Source of the DNA: the human T2T-CHM13v2.0 reference genome, Homo sapiens
DNA: 64,000 nucleotides
Reading direction: 5' to 3'
Assembly: GCA_009914755.4 (NCBI GenBank)
Contig: CP068257.2
Coordinates: forward strand, 1,920,001 to 1,984,000
Shown: positions 16,401 through 33,075 of the stretch, in pieces
Layout of the letters: every line of letters begins with the position of its first letter
Position numbering within the stretch: the first letter of the stretch is position 1
The notes under the pieces: generated by a model
What the model saw: the letters and a program-made list of their open reading frames with translations, nothing else
Databases searched by the model: none
What the model was told of the DNA's origin: nothing
Position numbers and translations under genes: made by a program

Positions 16401-19400
16401 TATATATTCTATACTGTACAAAAAATATGAAAGTACCCAAAGCATGTATTATATACTGTACATAAAATATGTAAGTACATCAAATATATATTTTATTCTG
16501 TACATAATATATCAAAGTACACCAGATATATATTCTATAGTGTACATAAAATAACAAAGTACACAAACTATACATTATATACTGTACATAAAATATGAAA
16601 TTACATCAAATATATATTAGGTACATAAAATATGAAAGAACATCAAATATAGATTATATACTGTACATAAAATATCAATGTACCCCAAATATATATTTTA
16701 TACTATACATGAAATATCAAAGTTCACAAACCATATATTGTATACTGTACATAAAATATCAAAGTACCCAAGGTATATGTTCTATACTGTACAAAAAATA
16801 TCAAAGTACCCAAAGCATGTATTATATACTGTACATAAAATATGAAAGTACATCAAATATATATTTTATTCCGTACATAAAAGATCAAAGTACACCAGAT
16901 ATATATTCTATAGTGTACATAAAATATAAAAGTACACAAACTATACATTATATACTGTACATAAAATATGAAATTACATCAAATATATATTATATTAGGT
17001 ACATAAAATATGAAAGTACATCAAATATAGATTATATACTGTACATTAAATACCAAAGAACCCCAAATATATATTATATACTCTACATGAAATATCAAAG
17101 TTCACAAACTATATATTATATACTGTACATAAAATATCAAAGTACCCAAGGTATATATTCTATACTGTACAAAAAATATCAAAGTACCCAAAGCATGTAT
17201 TATATACTGTATATAAAATATGAAAGTACATCAAATATATATTTTATTCTGTACATAAAATATCAAAGTACACCAGATATATATTCTGTAGTGTACATAA
17301 AATAACAAAGTACACAAACTATAAATTATATACTGTACATAAAATATGAAATTACATCAAATATATATTAGGTACATAAAATATGAAAGTACATCAAATA
17401 TAGATTATATACTGTACATAAAATATCAATGTACCCCAAATATATATTTTATACTCGACATGAAATATCAAAGTTCACAAACCATATAATATATACTGTA
17501 CATAAAATATCAAAGTACCCAAGGTATATATTCTATACTGTACAAAAAATATCAAAGTACCCAAAGCATGTATTATATACTGTACCTAAAATATGAAAGT
17601 ACATCAAATATATATTTTATTCTGTACATAAAATATCAAAGTACACCAGATATATATTCTATAGTGTACATAAAATATCAAAGTACCCAAACTATACATT
17701 ATATACTGTACATAAAATATGAAATTACATCAAATATATATTATATTAGGTACATAAAATATGAAAGTACATCATATATAGATTATATACTGTACATTAA
17801 ATACCAAAGTACCCCAAATATATATTTTATACTGTACATGAAATATCAAAGTTCACAAACTATATATTATATACTGTACATATAATATCAAAGTACCCAA
17901 GGTATATATTCTATACTGTACAAAAAATATCAAAGTACCTAAAGCATGTATTATATACAGTACATAAAATATGAAAGTACATCAAATATATATTTTATTC
18001 TGTACATAAAATATCAAAGTACACCAGATATATATTCTATAGTGTACATAAAATAACAAAGTACACAAACTATAAATTATATACTGTACATAAAATATGA
18101 AATTACATCAAATATATATTAGGTACATAAAATATGAAAGTACATCAAATATAGATTATATACTGTACATAAAATATCAATGTACCCCAAATATATATTT
18201 TATACTCTACATGAAATACCAAAGTTCACAAACCATATATTATATACTGTACATAAAATATCAAAGTACCCAAGGTATATATTCTATACTGTACAAAAAA
18301 TATCAAAGTACCCAAAGCATGTATTATATACTGTACATAAAATATGAAAGTACATCAAATATATATTTTATTCTGTACATAAAATATCAAAGTACACCAG
18401 ATATATATTCTATAGTGTACATAAAATATCAAAGTACCCAAACTATACATTATATACTGTACATAAAATATGAAATTACATCAAATATATATTATATTAG
18501 GTACATAAAATATGAAAGTACATCAAATATAGATTATATACTGTACATTAAATACCAAAGTACCCCAAATATATATTTTATACTGTACATGAAATATCAA
18601 AGTTCACAAACTATATATTATATACTGTACATAAAATATCAAAGTACCCAAGGTATATATTCTATACTGTACAAAAAATATCAAAGTACCCAAAGCATGT
18701 ATTATATACTGTACCTAAAATATGAAAGTACATCAAATATATATTTTATTCTGTACATAAATTATCAAAGTACACCAGATATATATTCTATAGTGTACAT
18801 AAAATATCAAAGTACCCAAACTATACATTATATACTGTACATAAAATATGAAATTACATCAAATATATATTATATTAGGTACATAAAATATGAAAGTACA
18901 TCAAATATAGATTATACACTGTACATAAAATATCAAAGTACCCCAAATATATATTATATACTCTACATGAAATATCAAAGTTCACAAACTATATATTATA
19001 TACTGTACATAAAATAAAGTCCCCAAGGTATATATTCTATACTGTAGAAAAAATATCAAAGTACCCAAAGCATGTATTATATACTGTATATAAAATATGA
19101 AATTACATCAAATATATATTTTATTCTGTACATAATATATCAAAGTACACCAGATATATATTCTATAGTGTACATAAAATAACAAAGTACAAAAACTATA
19201 AATTATATACTGTACATAAAATATGAAATTACATCAAATATATATTAGGTACATAAAATATGAAAGTACATCAAATATAGATTATATACTGTACATAAAA
19301 TTTCAATGTACCCCAAATATATATTTTATACTCTACATGAAATATCAAAGTTCACAAACCATATATTATATACTGTACATAAAATATCAAAGTACCCAAG

Positions 19401-20351
19401 GTATATATTCTATACTATACAAAAAATATCAAAGTACCCAAAGCATGTATTATATACTGTACCTAAAATATGAAAGTACATCGAATATATATTTTATTCT
19501 GTACATAAAATATCAAAGTACACCAGATATATATTCTATAGTGTACATAAAATATCAAAGTACCCAAACTATACATTATATACTGTACATAAAATATGAA
19601 ATTACATCAAATATATTTTATATTAGGTACATAAAATATGAAAGTACATCAAATATAGATTATATACTGTACATTAAATACCAAAGTACCCCAAATATAT
19701 ATTTTATACTGTACATGAAATATCAAAGTTCACAAACTATATATTATATACTGTACATATAATATCAAAGTACCCAAGGTATATATTCTATACTGTACAA
19801 AAAATAACAAAGTACCAAAAGCATGTATAATATACTGTACATAAAATATGAAAGTACATCAAATATATATTTTATTCTGTACATAAAATATCAAAGTACA
19901 CCAGATATATATTCTATAGTGTACATAAAATATCAAAGTACCCAAACTATACATTATATACTGTAAATAAAATATGAAATTACATCAAATATATTTTATA
20001 TTAGGTACATAAAATATGAAAGTACATCAAATATAGATTATATACTGTACATTAAATACCAAAGTACCCCAAATATATAATTTATACTGTACATGAAATA
20101 TCAAAGTTCACAAACTATATATTATATACTGTACATAAATTATCAAAGTACCCAAGGTATATATTCTATACTGTACAAAAAATATGAAAGTACCCAAAGC
20201 ATGTATTATATACTGTACATAAAATATGTAAGTACATCAAATATATATTTTATTCTGTACATAATATATCAAAGTACACCAGATATATATTCTATAGTGT
20301 ACATAAAATAACAAAGTACACAAACTATACATTATATACTGTACATAAAAT
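1435..20351. repeat. HSat1A higher-order repeat domain: about five tandem HOR copies of roughly 3.4-4.2 kb (81-99 monomers) with high copy-to-copy identity
   Basis: The ORF track gives identical or near-identical peptides at fixed offsets, which shows near-identical DNA: 1435/5238, 2450/6253 and 2979/6782 are all offset by 3803 bp. The next copy boundaries are 5238->9415 (4177 bp), 9415->12838 (3423 bp), 12838->16595 (3757 bp) and 16595->20352 (3757 bp). The length differences (about 334-380 bp) are close to multiples of 8-9 monomers. Positions 1-1434 are a partial copy (position 124 matches about 3549; 801 matches 4604). Confidence 0.8.
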
Positions 20352-23300
20352 ATGAAATTACATCAAATATATATTAGGTACATAAAATATGAAAGAACAT
20401 CAAATATAGATTATATACTGTACATAAAATATCAATGTACCCCAAATATATATTTTATACTATACATGAAATATCAAAGTTCACAAACCATATATTGTAT
20501 ACTGTACATAAAATATCAAAGTACCCAAGGTATATGTTCTATACTGTACAAAAAATATCAAAGTACCCAAAGCATGTATTATATACTGTACATAAAATAT
20601 GAAAGTACATCAAATATATATTTTATTCCGTACATAAAATATCAAAGTACACCAGATATATATTCTATAGTGTACATAAAATATAAAAGTACACAAACTA
20701 TACATTATATACTGTACATAAAATATGAAATTACATCAAATATATATTATATAAGGTACATAAAATATGAAAGTATATCAAATATAGATTATATACTGTA
20801 CATTAAATACCAAAGAACCCCAAATATATATTATATACTCTACATGAAATATCAAAGTTCACAAACTATATATTATATACTGTAAATAAAATATCAAAGT
20901 ACCCAAGGTATATATTCTATACTGTACAAAAAATATCAAAGTACCCAAAGCATGTATTATATACTGTATATAAAATATGAAAGTACATCAAATATATATT
21001 TTATTCTGTACATAAAATATCAATGTACACCAGATATATATTCTATAGTGAACATAAAATAACAAAGTACAAAAACTATAAATTATATACTGTACATAAA
21101 ATATGAAATTACATCAAATATATATTAGGTACATAAAATATGAAAGTACATCAAATATAGATTATATACTGTACATAAAATATCAATGTACCCCAAATAT
21201 ATATTTTATACTCGACATGAAATATCAAAGTTCACAAACCATATAATATATACTGTATACAAAATATCAAAGTACCCAAGGTATATATTCTATAGTGTAC
21301 AAAAAATATCAAAGTACCCAAAGCATGTATTATATACTGTACATAAAATATGAAAGTACATCAAATATATATTTTATTCTGTACATAAAATATCAAAGTA
21401 CACCAGATATATATTCTATAGTGTACATAAAATATCAAAGTACCCAAACTATACATTATATACTGTACATAAAATATGAAATTACATCAAATATATATTA
21501 TATTAGGTACATAAAATATTAAAGTACATCAAATATAGATTATATACTGTACATTAAATACCAAAGTAATCCAAATATATATTTTATACTGTACATGAAA
21601 TATCAAAGTTCACAAACTATATATTATATACTGTACATATAATATCAAAGTACCCAAGGTATATATTCTATACTGTACAAAAAATATCAAAGTACCCAAA
21701 GCATGTATTATATACAGTACATAAAATAAGAAAGTACATCAAATATATATTTTATTCTGTACATAAAATATCAAAGTACCCAAGGTATATGTTCTATACT
21801 GTACAAAAAATATCAAAGTACCCAAAGCATGTATTATATACTGTACATAAAATATGAAAGTACATCAAATATATATTTTATTCCGTACATAAGATATCAA
21901 AGTACACCAGATATATATTCTATAGTGTACATAAAATATCAAAGTACACAAACTATACATTATATACTGTACATAAAATATGAAATTACATCAAATATAT
22001 ATTATATAAGGTACATAAAATATGAAAGTACATCAAATATAGATTATATACTGTACATTAAATACCAAAGAATACCAAATATATATTATATACTCTACAT
22101 GAAATATCAAAGTTCACAAACTATATATTATATACTGTACATAAAATATCAAAGTACCCAAGGTATATATTCTATACTGTACAAAAAATATCAAAGTACC
22201 CAAAGCATGTATTATATACTGTATATAAAATATGAAAGTACATCAAATATATATTTTATTCTGTACATAAAATATCAAAGTACACCAGATATATATTCTA
22301 TAGTGTACACAAAATAACAAAGTATAAAAACTATAAATTATATACTGTACATAAAATATGAAATTACATCAAATATATATTAGGTACATAAAATATGAAA
22401 GTACATCAAATATAGATTATATACTGTACATAAAATATCAATGTACCCCAAATATATATTTTATACTCTACATGAAATATCAAGGTTCACAAACCATATA
22501 ATATATACTGTACATAAAATATCAAAGTACCCAAGGTATATATTCTATACTGTAAAAAAATATCAAAGTACCCAAAGCATGTATTATATACTGTACATAA
22601 AATATGAAAGTACATCAAATATATATTTTATTCTGTACATAAAATATCAAAGTACACCAGATATATATTCTATAGTGTACATAAAATATCAAAGTACCCA
22701 AACTATACATTATATACTGTACATAAAATATGAAATTACATCAAATATATATTATATTAGGTACATAAAATATGAAAGTACATCAAATATAGATTATATA
22801 CTGTACATTAAATACCAAAGTACCCCAAATATATATTTTATACTGTACATGAAATATCAAAGTTCACAAACTATATATTATATACTGTACATATAATATA
22901 AAAGTACCCAAGGTATATATTCTATACTGTACAAAAAATATCAAAGTACCCAAAGCATGTATTATATACAGTACATAAAATATGAAAGTACATCAAATAT
23001 ATGTTTTATTCTGTACATAAAATATCAAAGTACACCAGATATATATTCTATAGTGTACATAAAATAACAAAGTACACAAACTATAAATTATATACTGTAC
23101 ATAAAATATGAAATTACATCAAATATATATTAGGTACATAAAATATGAAAGTACATCAAATATAGATTATATACTGTACATAAAATATCAATGTACCCCA
23201 AATATATATTTTATACTCTACATGAAATACCAAAGTTCACAAACCATATATTATATACTGTACATAAAATATCAAAGTACTCAAGGTATATATTCTATAC

Positions 23301-26300
23301 TGTACAAAAAATATCAACGTACCCAAAGCATATATTATATTCTGTACATAAAATATCAAAGTAATCCAAATATATATTCTATAGTGTACATAAAATATGA
23401 AAGTACCCAAACTATACATTATATACTGTACATAAAATATGAAATTACATCAAATATATATTATATTAGGTATAGAAAATATTAAAGTACATCAAATATA
23501 GATTATATACTCTACATAAAATACCAAAGTACCCCAAATATATATTTTATACTGTACATGAAATATCAAAGTTCACAAACTATATATTATATACTGTACA
23601 TAAAATATCAAAGAACTCAAGGTATATATTCTATACTGTATAAAAAATATCAAAGTACCCAAAGCATATATTATATTCTGTACATAAAATATGAAAGTAC
23701 ATCAAATATATATTTTATTCTGTACATAAAATATCAAAGTAAACGAAATATATATTCTATACTGTATATGAAATATCAAAGTACCCATACTATACATTAT
23801 ATACTGTACATAAAATATGAAATTACATCAAATATATATTATATTAGGTACATAAAATATGAAAGTACATCAAATATAGATTATATACTGTACATTAAAT
23901 ACCAAAGTACCCCAAATATATATTTTATACTGTACATGAAATATCAAAGTTCACAAACTATATATTATATACTGTACATAAAATATCAAATTACCCAATG
24001 TATATATTCTATACTGTACAAAAAATATCAATGTACCCAAAGCATGTATTATATACTGTACATGAAATATGAAAGTACATCAAATATATATTTTATTCTG
24101 TACAAAAAATATCAAAGTACACCAAATATATATTCTATAGTGTACATAAAATATCAAAGTACCCAAACTATACATTATATACTGTACATAAAATATGAAA
24201 TTACATCAAATATATATTATATTAGGTACATAAAATATGAAAGTACATCAAAATTGATTATATACTGTACATAAAATATCAAAGTACCCCAAATATATAT
24301 TATATACTGTACATGAAATATCAAAGTTCACAAACAATATATTATATACTGTACAAAAAATATCAAAGTACCCAAAGCATGTATTATATACTGTACATAA
24401 AATATGAAAATACATCAAGTATATATTTTATTCTGTACATAAAATATCAAAGTACACCAAAAATGTATTCTATAGTGTACATAAAATATCAAATTACCCA
24501 AACTATACATTATATACTGTACATAAAAGATGAAATTACATCAAATATATATTATAATAGGTACATAAAATATGAAAGTACGTCTAATATAGATTATATA
24601 CTGTACATAAAATATCAAAGTACTCCAAATATATATTATATTCTGTACATGAAATATCAAAGTTCACAAACTATATATTATATACTGTACATAAAATATC
24701 AATGTACCCAAGGTATATATTCTATACTGTACAAAAAATATAAAAGTACCCAAAGCATGTATTATATACTGTACATAAAATATGAAATTACATCAAATAT
24801 ATATTTTATTCTGTACAAAAAATATCAAAGTACACCAAATATATATTCTATACTGTACATAAAATATCAAAGTACCCAAACTATACATTATATACTGTAC
24901 ATAAAATTTGAAATTACATAAAATATATATTATATTAGGTACATAAAATATGAAAGTACATCAAATATAGATTATATACTGTACATAAAATATCAAAGTA
25001 CCCCAAATATATATTATATAGTGTACATGAAATATCAAAGTTCACAAACTATATATTATATACTGTACATAAAATATCAAAGTACCCAAGGTATATATTC
25101 TGTACTGTACAAAAAATATCAAAGTACCCAAAGCATGTATTATATACTGTACATAAAATATGAAAGTACATCAAATATATATTTTATTCTGTACATAATA
25201 TATCAAAGTACACCAAATATATATTCTATAGTGTACATAAAATATCAAAGTACCCAAACTATACATTATATACTGTACATAAAATATGAAATTACATCAA
25301 ATATATATTATAATAGGTACATAAAATATGAAAGTACATCAAATATACATTATATACTGTACATAAAATATCAAAGTACCCCAAACATATATTATATACT
25401 GTACATGAAATATCAAAGTTCACAAACTATATATTATATACTGTACATAAAATATCAAAGTACCCAAGGTATATATTCTATAATGTACAGAAAATATCAA
25501 AGTACCCAAAGCATGTATTATATTCTGTACATAAAATATGAAAGTACATGAAATATATATTTTATTCTGTACATAAAATATCAAAGTACACCAAATATAT
25601 ATTTTATACTGTACATAAAATATCAAATTACCCAAACTATACATTATATACTGTACATAAAATATGAAATTACATCAAATATATATTATAATAGGTACGT
25701 AAAATATGAAAGTACGTCAAATATAGATTATATACCGTACATAAAATATCAAAGTACTCCAAATATATATTATATTCTGTACATGAAATATCAAAGTTCA
25801 CAAACTATATATTATACACTGTACATAAAATATCAACGTACCCAAGGTATATATTCTATACTGTACAAAAAATATCAAAGTACCCAAAGCATGTATTATA
25901 TACTGTACATAAAATATGAAAGTACATCAAATATATATTTTATTCTGTGCAAAAAATATCAAAGTACGCCAAATATATATTCTATACTGTATATAAAATA
26001 TCAAAGTACCCAAACTATACATTATATACTGTACATAAAATATGAAATTACATCAAATATATATTATATTAGGTAAATAAAATATGAAAGTACATCAAAT
26101 ATAGATTATATATGTACGTAAAATATCAAAGTACTCCAAATATATATTATATACTGTACATGAAATATCAAAGTTCACAAACTATATATTATATACTGTA
26201 CATAAAATATCAAAATACCCAAGGTATATATTCTATACTGTACAAAAAATATCAAAGTTCCCAAAGCATGTATTATATACTGTACATAAAATGTGAAAGT

Positions 26301-29300
26301 ACATCAAATATATATTTTATTCTGCACATAAAATATCAAAGTACACCAAATATATATTCTATAGTGTACATAAAATATCAAAGTACCCAAACTATACATT
26401 ATATACTGTACATAAAATATGAAATTACATCAAATATATATTATATTAGGTACAGAAAATATGAAAGTACATCAAATATAGATTATATACTGTCCATAAA
26501 ATACCAAAGTACACCAAATATATATTTTATACTGTACTTGAAATATCAAAAATCACAAACTATATATTATATACTCTACATAAAATATCAAAGTACTCAA
26601 GGTATATATTCTATACTTTACAAAAAATATCAAAGAACCCAAGGCATGTATTATATACTGTACATAAAATGTGAAAGGACATCAAATATATATTTTATTC
26701 TGTACATAAGATATCAAAGTAAACCAAATATATATTCTATACTGTTCATAAAATATCAAAGTACCAAACTATACATTGTATACTGTACATAAAATATGAA
26801 ATTACATAAAATATATATTATACTAGGTACATAAAATATGAAAGTACATCAAAATTGATTATATACTGTACATAAAATATCAAAGTACCCCAAATATATA
26901 TTATATACTGTACATGAAATATCAAAGTTCACAAACTATATATTATATACTGTACAAAAAATATCAAAGTACCCAAAGCATGTATTATATACTGTACATA
27001 AAATATGAAAGTGCATAAAATATATATTTTATTCTGTACATAGAATATCAAAGTACACCAAATATATATTCTATACTGTACATAAAATATCAAAGTACCC
27101 ATACTATACATTATATACTGTACAAAAAATATGAAATTACATCAAATATATATTATATTAGGTACATAAAATATGAAAGTACATCAAATATAGATTATAT
27201 ACTGTACATAAAATACCAAAGTACCCCAAATATATATTTTATACTGTACATGAAATATCAAAGTTCACAAACTATATATTATATACTGTACAAAAAATAT
27301 CAAACTACCCAAGGTATATATTCTGTACTGTACAGAAAATATCAAAGTACCCAAAGCATGTATTATATACTGTACATAAAATATGAAAGTACATCAAATA
27401 TATATTTTATTCTGTACATAAAATATCAAAGTACACCAAATATATATTCTACACTGTACATAAAATATCAAAGTACCCAAACTATACATTATATACTGTA
27501 CATAAAATATGAAATTACATCAAATATATATTATATTAGGTACATAAAATATGAAAGTACATCAAATATAGATTATATACTGTCCATAAAATACCAAAGT
27601 ACCCCAAATATATATTATACACTGTAGATGAAATATCAAAGTTCACAAACTATATATTATAGACTGTACATAAAATATCAAAGTACCCAAGGTATATATT
27701 GTATACTGTATAAAAAATATCAAAGTACCCAAAGCATGTATTATATACTGTACATAAAATGTGAAAGTACATCAAATATATATTTTATTCTGTACATAAA
27801 TTATCAAAGTACACCACATATATATTCTGTAGTGTACATAAAATATCAAAGTACTCAAAGTATACATTATATACTGTACATAAAATATGAAATTACATCA
27901 ATTATATACTATATTAGGTACATAAAATATGAAAGTACATCAAATATAGATTATATACTGTACATAAAATATCAACGTACCCCAAATATATATTATATAC
28001 TGTACATGAAATACCAAAGTTCACAAACTATATATTATATGCTGTACATAAAATATCAATGTACCCAAGTTATATATTCTATACTGTACAAAAAATATCA
28101 AAGTACCCAAAGCATGTAGTATATACTGTACATAAAATATCAAAGTACATCAAATATATATTTCATTCCGTACAAAAAATATCAAAGTCCACCAAATATA
28201 TATTCTATAGTGTGCATAAAATATCAAACTACCCAAACTATACATTATATAGTGTACATAAAATATGAAATTACATGAAATATATATTATATTAGGTACA
28301 TAAAATATGAAAGTACATCAAATATAGATTATATACTGTAGATAAAATATCAAAGTACCCCAAATATATATTATATACTGTACATGAAATATCAAAGTTC
28401 ACAAACTATATATTATATACTGTACATAAAATATAAAAGTACTCAAGGTATATATTCTGTACTGTACAAAAAATATCAAAGTACCCAAAGCATGTATTAA
28501 ATACTGTACATAAAATATGAAAGTACATCAAATATATATTTTATTCTGTAAATAAAATATCAAAGTACACCAAATATATATTCTATACTGTACATAAAAT
28601 ATCAAAGTACCCAAACTATACATTATATACTGTACATAAAATATGAAATTACATCAAATATATATTATATTAGGTACATAAAATATGAAAGTACATCAAA
28701 TATAGATTATATACTGTACATAAAACATCAAAGTACCCCAAATATATATTATAAACTGTACATGAAATATCAAAGTTCACAAACTATATATTATATACTG
28801 TACATAAAATATCAAGGTACTCAAGGTATATATTCTATAATGTACAGAAAATATCAAAGTACCCAAAGCATGTATTATATTCTGTACATAAAATGTGAAA
28901 GTACATGAAATATATATTTTATTCTGTACATAAAATATCAAAGTACTCCAAATATATATTTTATACTGTACAAAAAATATCAAATTACCCAAACTATACA
29001 TTATATACTGTACATAAAATATGAAATTACATCAAATATATATTATAATAGGTACATAAAATATGAAAGTACATCAAATATAGATTATATACTGTACATA
29101 AAACATCAAAGTACTCCAAATATGTATTATATTCTGTACATGAAATATCAAAGTTCACAAACTATAAATTATATACTGTACATAATATATCAATGTACCC
29201 AAGGTATATATTCTATACTGTACAAAATATATCAAAGTACCAAAAGCATGTATTATATACTGTACATAAAATATGAAAGTATACCAAATATATATTTTAT

Positions 29301-31300
29301 TCTGTACATAAAATATCAAATTACACCAAATATATATTCTATACTGTACATAAAATATCAAAGTACCCAAACTATACATTATATACTGTACATAAAATAT
29401 GAAATTACATCAAAAATATATTATATTAGGTACATAAAATATGAAAGTACATCAAATATAGATTATATACTGTACATAAAATATCAAAGTACCCCAAATA
29501 TATATTATATACTGTACATGAAATATCAAAGTTTACAAACTATATATTCTATACTGTACATAAAATATCAAAGTACAAAAGGTATATATTCTATACTGTA
29601 CAAAAAATATCAAAGTACCCAAAGCATGTATTATATACTGTACATAAAATACGAATGTACATCAAATATATATTTTATTCTGTACATAAAATATCAAAGT
29701 ACCACAAATATATATTATATACTGTACATGAAATATCAAAGTTCACAAACTATATATTATATACTGTACATAAAATATCAATGTACCCAAGGTATATATT
29801 CTATACTGTACAAAAAATATCAAAGTACCCAAAGCATGTATTATATACTGTACATAAAATATGAAATTACATCAAATATATATTTCATTCTGTACAAAAA
29901 ATATCAAAGTACTCCAAATATATATTCTATAGTGTACATAAAATATCAAAGTACCCAAACTATACATTATATACTGTACATAGAATATGAAATTACATCA
30001 ATTATATATTATATTAGATACATAAAATATGAAAGTACATCAAATATAGATTATGTACTGTACATAAAATACCAAAGTACTCCAAATATATATTATATTC
30101 TGTACATGAAATATCAAAGTTCACAAACTATATATTATATACTGTACATAAAATATCAATGTACCCAAGGTATATATTCTATACTGTACAAAATATATCA
30201 AAGTACCCAAAGCATGTATTACATACTGTACATAAAATATGAAAGTACACCAAATATATATTTTATTCTGTACATAAAATATCAAAGTACACCAAATATA
30301 TATTCTATACTGTACATAAAATATCAAAGTACCCAAACTATACATTATATACTGTACATAAAATATGAAATTACATCAAAAATATATTATATTAGGTACA
30401 TAAAATATGAAAGTACATCAATTATAGATTATATACTGTACATAAAATATGAAAGTACCCCAAATATATAGTATATACTGTAGATGAAATATCAAAGTTC
30501 ACAAAATATATATTATATACTGTACATAATATATCAAAGTACCCAAGGTATATATTCTATACTGTACAAAAAATATCAAAGTACCCAAAGCATGTATTAT
30601 ATACTGTACATAAAATATGAAAGTACATCAAATATATATTTTATTCTGTACATAAATTATCAAAGTACACCAAATATATATTCTATAGTGTACATAAAAT
30701 ATCAAAGTACCCAAACTATACATTATATACTGTACATAAAATACGAAATTACATCAAATATATATTATAATAGGTACATAAAATATGAAAGTACATCAAA
30801 TATAGATTATATACTGTACATAAAATATCAAAGTACTCCAAATATACATTATATTCTGTACATGAAATATCAAAGTTCACAAACTATATATTGTATACTG
30901 TACATAAAATATCAATGTACCCAAGGTATATATTCTATACTGTACAAAATATATCAAAGTACCCAAAGCATGTATTATATACTGTACATAAAATATGAAA
31001 GTACACCAAATATATATTTTATTCTGTACATAAAATATCAAAGTACACCAAATATATATTCTATACTGTACATAAAATATCAAAGTACCCAAACTATACA
31101 TTATATACTGTACATAAAATATGAAATTACATCAAATATATATTATGTTAGGTACATAAAATATGAAAGTACATCAAATATAGATTATATAGTGTACATA
31201 AAATATCAAAGTACCCCAAATATGTATTGTATACTATACATGAAATATCAAAATACACAAACTATGTATTCTATACTGTACATAAAATATCAAAGTACCC
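20352..31300. repeat. HSat1A array, less homogenised domain (HOR still recognisable but copies diverge)
   Basis: The same 42-bp monomer continues, but the track peptides no longer repeat exactly. There are many monomer-level substitutions, e.g. caaagtacaccaaatatatattctatactg variants, and both-strand short ORFs appear. Confidence 0.7.
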
Positions 31301-33075
31301 AAAGCATGTATTATATAATGTACATAAAATATCAAACTACACAAATATTTATTGTGAACTCGAAATAAAATATCAAATTAACCAAACTATATAATATATA
31401 TTGTACATAAAAAACCAAAGTACCCAAACCATATATTTTATACTGTACATAAAATATCAAAGTACACAAAATGTATATTCTATACTCTACATAAAATATC
31501 AAAGTACCCAAACATGTATTATATACTGTACATAAAATATCAAAGTACACAAATATTTATTGTTCACTCTAAATAAAATATCAAAGTAACCAAACTATAT
31601 ATTATATATTGTACATAAAAAATCAAAGTACCCAAACTATATATTTTATACTGTACATAAAATATCAAAGTACACCAAATATATATTCTATACTGTACAT
31701 AAAATACCGAAGCACATCAAATATATATTCTATACTGTACATAAAATATCAAACTACCCAAATATATATTGTATACTGTACCTAATATATCAAAGTACCC
31801 AAATTATATATTTTATACTGTACATAAACTATCAAAGTGCCCAAACTATAAATTATATACTGTACATAAAATATGAACTTACATCAAATACATATTATAT
31901 TAGGTACATAAAATATGAAAGTACATCAAATATAGATTATATACTGTACATAATATATCAGAGTACCCCAAATATATATTATATACTGTACATGAAATAT
32001 CAAAGTGTACAAAATATATATTATATACTGTACATAAAATATCAAAGTACCCAAATTATATATTATATACTGTACATAAAATATCAATCTATCCAATGTA
32101 TAGATTATATACCGTACATAAAATATGAAAGCACATCAAATATATATTTTATTCTGTACATAAAATATCAAAGTACACCAAACATATATTCTATACTGTA
32201 CATAAAATATCAAGGTACACCTAATATATATTCTATACTGTACATAAAATATCAAACTTCCCAAACATATATTATATTCTTTACATAATATATCAAAGTA
32301 CCCAAACTATATATTTTATACTGTACATAAAATATCAAAGTACCCAAACTATACATTATATACTGTACGTAAAATATGAAATTACACCAAATATATATTA
32401 TATTAGGTACATCAAATATGAAAGTACATGAAATATAGATTATATACTGTACATAAAATACCAAAGTACCCCAAATATATATTATATACTGTACATGAAA
32501 TATCAAAGTACACAAATTATATATTATATACTGTACATAAAATATCAAAGTATCCGAAGTATATATTATGTACTGTACATAACATATCAAGGTAACCAAA
32601 CTATATATTTTTTAAGGTACATAAAATATCAAAGTACCCAAAGTACATATCATATACTGTACATAACATATCAAAGTAACCATACTATATATTATATACT
32701 ATACATAAAATATGAAAGTACCTAAAGTATATATTATATACTCTACATAAAATATCAATGTTCTGAAACTATATATTATATACTGTACATAAAATAGAAA
32801 AGTACACCACATATATATTCTATACTGTACATAATATAGAAGTACAGGAAATATATATTGTATACTGTACATAAAATATCAAAGTATCCAAACATATATT
32901 ATATAATGTACGTAATATATCAAATTACCCAAACCATATGTTTTATTCTGTACATAAAATATCAAAGTACCCAAACTATTCATTATATACTGTACATAAA
33001 ATATACTGTACATCAAATGTATATTATATTATGTAAATAAAATATGAAAGTATATCAAATATAAATTATATTCTG
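31301..33075. repeat. Degenerate HSat1A array edge
   Basis: The monomers are still about 42 bp with the gtacataaaatatcaaagtac core but are strongly diverged, e.g. tgtgaactcgaaataaaatatcaaattaaccaaactatataatatatattgtacataaaaaaccaaag. There is a local duplication of about 220-250 bp (31,330-31,550 resembles 31,550-31,780). The region ends abruptly at 33,075. Confidence 0.7.

Larger units (their letters stand above)
1..33075. repeat. Human satellite I (HSat1A / SAR-type) tandem array, 42-bp AT-rich monomer
   Basis: Read directly: contiguous 42-nt units, e.g. 1-42 tacataaaatatcaaagtaccccaaatatatattatatactc, 43-84 tacaagaaatatcaaagttcacaaactatatattatatactg. Each monomer has one GTAC (RsaI) site and is very A+T-rich. 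The core motif tgtacataaaatatcaaagtacccaaactatacattatatac matches the classical satellite I consensus from memory. The array runs uninterrupted to the junction at 33,075/33,076. Confidence 0.88.

Noticed and set aside
124-31368. Many long + strand ORFs (up to 443-449 aa, e.g. 2979..4310, 29122..30471) plus short - strand ORFs across the first 33 kb, with YILYIKYQSTQ-type low-complexity peptides.
   Set aside because: They are artefacts of a 42-bp satellite. Because 42 is a multiple of 3, the frame is preserved across monomers, and one frame of the AT-rich unit lacks stop codons. The peptides repeat every 14 residues. There is no start-codon context and no homology, and ORF ends coincide with monomer mutations. 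They are not genes.
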